Below the pieces are notes generated by a model that saw nothing but the letters and a program-made list of their open reading frames with translations, had not been told where the DNA came from and searched no databases. The translations under genes were made by a program, and so were the position numbers. This document shows, piece by piece, positions 43,017 through 45,632 of a stretch of DNA of 45,632 nucleotides (position 1 is its first letter; the number at the start of each line of letters is the position of its first letter). This DNA is from Candidatus Cloacimonadota bacterium. Its GTDB lineage: Bacteria > Cloacimonadota > Cloacimonadia > Cloacimonadales > TCS61. The stretch lies in NCBI GenBank assembly GCA_027064945.1, contig JAMOPB010000237.1, positions 1 to 45,632 on the forward strand, written 5' to 3'.

Positions 43017-45011
43017 TTGAAAAAGCAAATACAAACAATCGCAATAAACCCGATGATCGCAAGAAACTATAACGTGGATTTTGACGGCGACGGTATGGGG
43101 ATTACAAATCTCCAATCCGAGCAGGCCAAAAGAGATTTTTATAAATTGTTTATCGCAAATCATGTGAAATTATATTTTGATCCTGATACATACATTCCAG
43201 AGCTAACACATGAAGCTGTTTACAGCTTGTGGGCAGTTACTCATAAAATATCTGAGAATAACTGGCAACAGCGTGCTCCAATCACTGAATTTGAAAATTT
43301 TAAAAGTGTAAAAATTCGCACGTCAAATATAAAAAAATCTATTTTGGAACCTGTGTACGTTAAGAGTGTCGATACAACGATGCCTTGGTTTTGGGCACTA
43401 GTGCACAAAACTATTTATCAATGGGGGTCAGGCAAATTAGCAACTGAGAACGGCGGCGACGGTAAAGAAAAAATACTTTTTGACATTCATAAAGTATATA
43501 ATAAAAAAGCAATTAAAGAGATGTTTGATGCAATTTTTGATATCTCTGTTTCGAATATCGATTTTATGAACAGAATTTGGAAATTGAATCAATTTTTAAA
43601 TGAATTATCAAGTATTTACGATATAGCAATTCCTTCATTTGAAGCTGATGATTTTGTGGTTAGTTCAGAACAGATCGAAGAATTTAAAAAGAATTTCGTA
43701 ACTGAACCAGTGATCGGATTTCATCAGAACATGTATTTATTCTACAAAATGGTCTTACCTTATTTAGAAAACTATAAAAACGGTAATAATATTCTTTATA
43801 AAGTTTTTAAATCAGGTTCAAGACTTAAAGCTGTACAATTAATGAAATCAACTGCAAGTAGCGGTATACCGACTGATATTTATGGTCGCGCAATTAATAG
43901 AAATGTTGCAACATCTCTTTTGGAATCATTAAAGCCGGATGAAATGTTTGATTTAGCAAACGGTGCAAGAATGGCGCTTGCAGCACGTGAGACATTGATT
44001 CCTGCATCGGGCGAAATGCAAAGAATCATTATGAACAGTATCGGATTTATTATGTTGGATCAAACAGTTGAGGATTGTGGATGCGAACATGGTTTTAAGA
44101 TCAAAGTAAAAGATGAAAAGCATTTGAGATCACTACAGAAACGTATCATGGTGGATGGCCATGTTATAGATCCTGAAAAAGACAAACATCTGATAGGTCA
44201 AACTATTGAGATTTTTTCACCAATGACTTGCAAACTGGATGGTTTTAAGATTTGTAAAAAATGTTGGGGGCATTATTTACCGCCTGCTGATAAAAATGGT
44301 ATCAGTTATGTAGGTACTTTGGCAGCAAGTGCAGTTGTTGAACAATTATTACAATCAAGTTTAAGATTGCACCACACAGGTGGTACGTGGGAAATGGAAA
44401 CATTGTATAATGAAATTTTTGATATGATGGATCGCGGTGTAAAATTTTGGAGTGAAGAAAACGACGAAGGTGAGCCAATTACCTATACTGATGCTAATGA
44501 GAATGATTTGAATACATTAAAGGAAATTATGATTCCTAGATATTACGCAGAAGACGAAATCGAGTTCATAGAAGTTGAAAAAGGAAAAATCGCAATTGTT
44601 CCACATGTAAAACTACAAAACCAAGATGCTTCAAGAATATTAAGAGAGTTTGCTACATTAGTGTATGGTAAGCGTGAATTAAATGCAAGTAAAGAAAAAC
44701 ATGAGTTAATAGCTCCTGAAGTATTTTATGAAAAAATTGTGGATATAGTGTTTGAAGGTGCATATTTGCTATCTAACTATATAGAAGTGATAATGAGCGC
44801 ATTATTTTATGATGAAAATATGGAATCTATCAGATACAGTGGACGACCGCCTGTATATCAAACACCATTAAAATCCGTCATACACACTATAGATCCTAAA
44901 TTATCTATTTTTTATAAATTAAGTAATAATGCTCTTAAAAACATTTATCAAGGTGAAAGCAGATATGAGCTAGATCATATGATGTATAAATTAATGAATT
45001 GTTATAGATAA
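43017..45011 (+). CDS. phage multisubunit RNA polymerase beta-prime, C-terminal half (catalytic DFDGD)
   Basis: TTG start after [29 protein letters not shown] equals [39 protein letters not shown] (bridge-helix region). [25 protein letters not shown] (trigger-loop pattern). Confidence 0.9.
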   Translation: [664 protein letters not shown]

Positions 45012-45044
45012 CAAGGTTTAAAACAACCTTGTTTTAATTTTTTT
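45011..45044 (+). terminator. intrinsic terminator after the beta-prime C-half
   Basis: Stem acaaggtt/aaccttgt with loop taaaac, followed by tttaattttttt. Confidence 0.7.
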
Positions 45045-45061
45045 AAAAAAAGGAAGTGTTC

Positions 45062-45247
45062 ATGAGTATATATAAAAAAATAACTGCGGTAATTCTAATG
45101 ATATTGATAATATTGAGTTTAACAGTCCAATACACAACTGACAAATCCACCACTGAAGGATTAATTAAATATGGTATATCACAAATAGACACTTTGATAT
45201 TGTCAACAACATTGATATTATTGAGTTTATGTGAAAAAGAGGATTAA
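45062..45247 (+). CDS. small membrane protein (61 aa from ATG 45062)
   Basis: AAAGGAAG 5 nt before ATG 45062 (the track uses GTG 45056). Two hydrophobic helices. Confidence 0.45.
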   Translation: MSIYKKITAVILMILIILSLTVQYTTDKSTTEGLIKYGISQIDTLILSTTLILLSLCEKED

Positions 45248-45248
45248 A

Positions 45249-45494
45249 ATGGGATTATTGGATTGGTTTCCAGGGTGCGATATTTCACCTGTAGAGATGC
45301 CAGAATTTGACGGCATTTTTAAAGATTTGAAAGATAAACAAGCAGATTATGCGGCCGAAGAAATCCTAAATAAACATTTAAAATCCATAAGCGATGAATT
45401 GCTTTTAAAGTTATTTTTAGCAATTAAGAAGGAGCTGTTGGAAAGAAATCAATTTGAAGAAATTATGAAAAAGGATGATAATGTTCAAAATTAG
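45249..45494 (+). CDS. hypothetical protein (81 aa from ATG 45249)
   Basis: GAGGA 6 nt upstream of ATG 45249, directly after the preceding stop (the track starts at GTG 45231). Confidence 0.45.
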   Translation: MGLLDWFPGCDISPVEMPEFDGIFKDLKDKQADYAAEEILNKHLKSISDELLLKLFLAIKKELLERNQFEEIMKKDDNVQN

Positions 45495-45632
45495 CGGAGA
45501 AAAAATAATCAGATGGGAAATGAATATCGGTTTTCTGATTGCTATATTTGGTGCTTTTTTTATAGACACTAGTACGCTAAAAGGACTGATTATGTCGTGT
45601 ACAATGACAATAGCTGCTGGAATTTTTATGAG
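45481..45632 (+). CDS. membrane protein, 5' partial (runs off the window)
   Basis: ATG 45481 with AAAGGA upstream. MFKISGEKIIRWEMNIGFLIAIFGAFFIDTS... is hydrophobic. Overlaps the preceding stop. Confidence 0.35.
   Translation, partial: MFKISGEKIIRWEMNIGFLIAIFGAFFIDTSTLKGLIMSCTMTIAAGIFM

Noticed and set aside
45056-45632. Holin/lysis cassette formed by the small membrane proteins at the right end.
   Set aside because: The only evidence is hydrophobic small ORFs. No endolysin is recognised next to them, and the window ends inside the last gene.

Overview
This is a segment of an AT-rich (about 30% GC by eye), gene-dense dsDNA phage genome. It fits a large contractile-tailed phage that encodes its own multisubunit RNA polymerase with a split beta-prime, as in phiKZ/AR9-type phages. 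All calls rest on reading the sequence and recalling motifs; no homology search was run. AAGGAG-type Shine-Dalgarno sites are strong, many gene junctions are ATGA/TAATG-coupled, and there are many clean intrinsic terminators. Layout: (1) 91-16340 is a minus-strand virion block with a tape-measure-like 1379-aa protein, possible tube-fold proteins, portal, acidic repeat protein, Baseplate_J-like wedge and a zinc-ribbon protein. (2) 16406-16917 is a tandem repeat array. (3) 16989-18773 is an isolated plus-strand large terminase. (4) 18842-39146 is a mostly minus-strand block of unrecognisable proteins, many with glycine-zipper or TM segments and a shared N-terminal leader. This block holds a CPBP/Abi-type intramembrane protease candidate, tandem HNH and GIY-YIG homing endonuclease genes, a plus-strand spike operon (28467-31570) and a GC-rich five-hairpin island (25874-26125). 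(5) 39233-39962 is a second tandem array that is the reverse complement of the first. (6) 40114-45632 is a plus-strand block: a GC-rich rod hairpin, a 43-aa basic peptide, an HTH-like protein, the RNAP beta-prime N-half, a 121-aa membrane ORF, the beta-prime C-half carrying DFDGD, and small membrane proteins. No rRNA, tRNA or CRISPR array was seen. The most unusual items are the inverted pair of arrays with an embedded double-hairpin mini-insertion showing a compensatory stem change, the hairpin island, the shared leader on a family of glycine-zipper/membrane proteins clustered with the CPBP protease, and beta-prime split just upstream of the catalytic loop.
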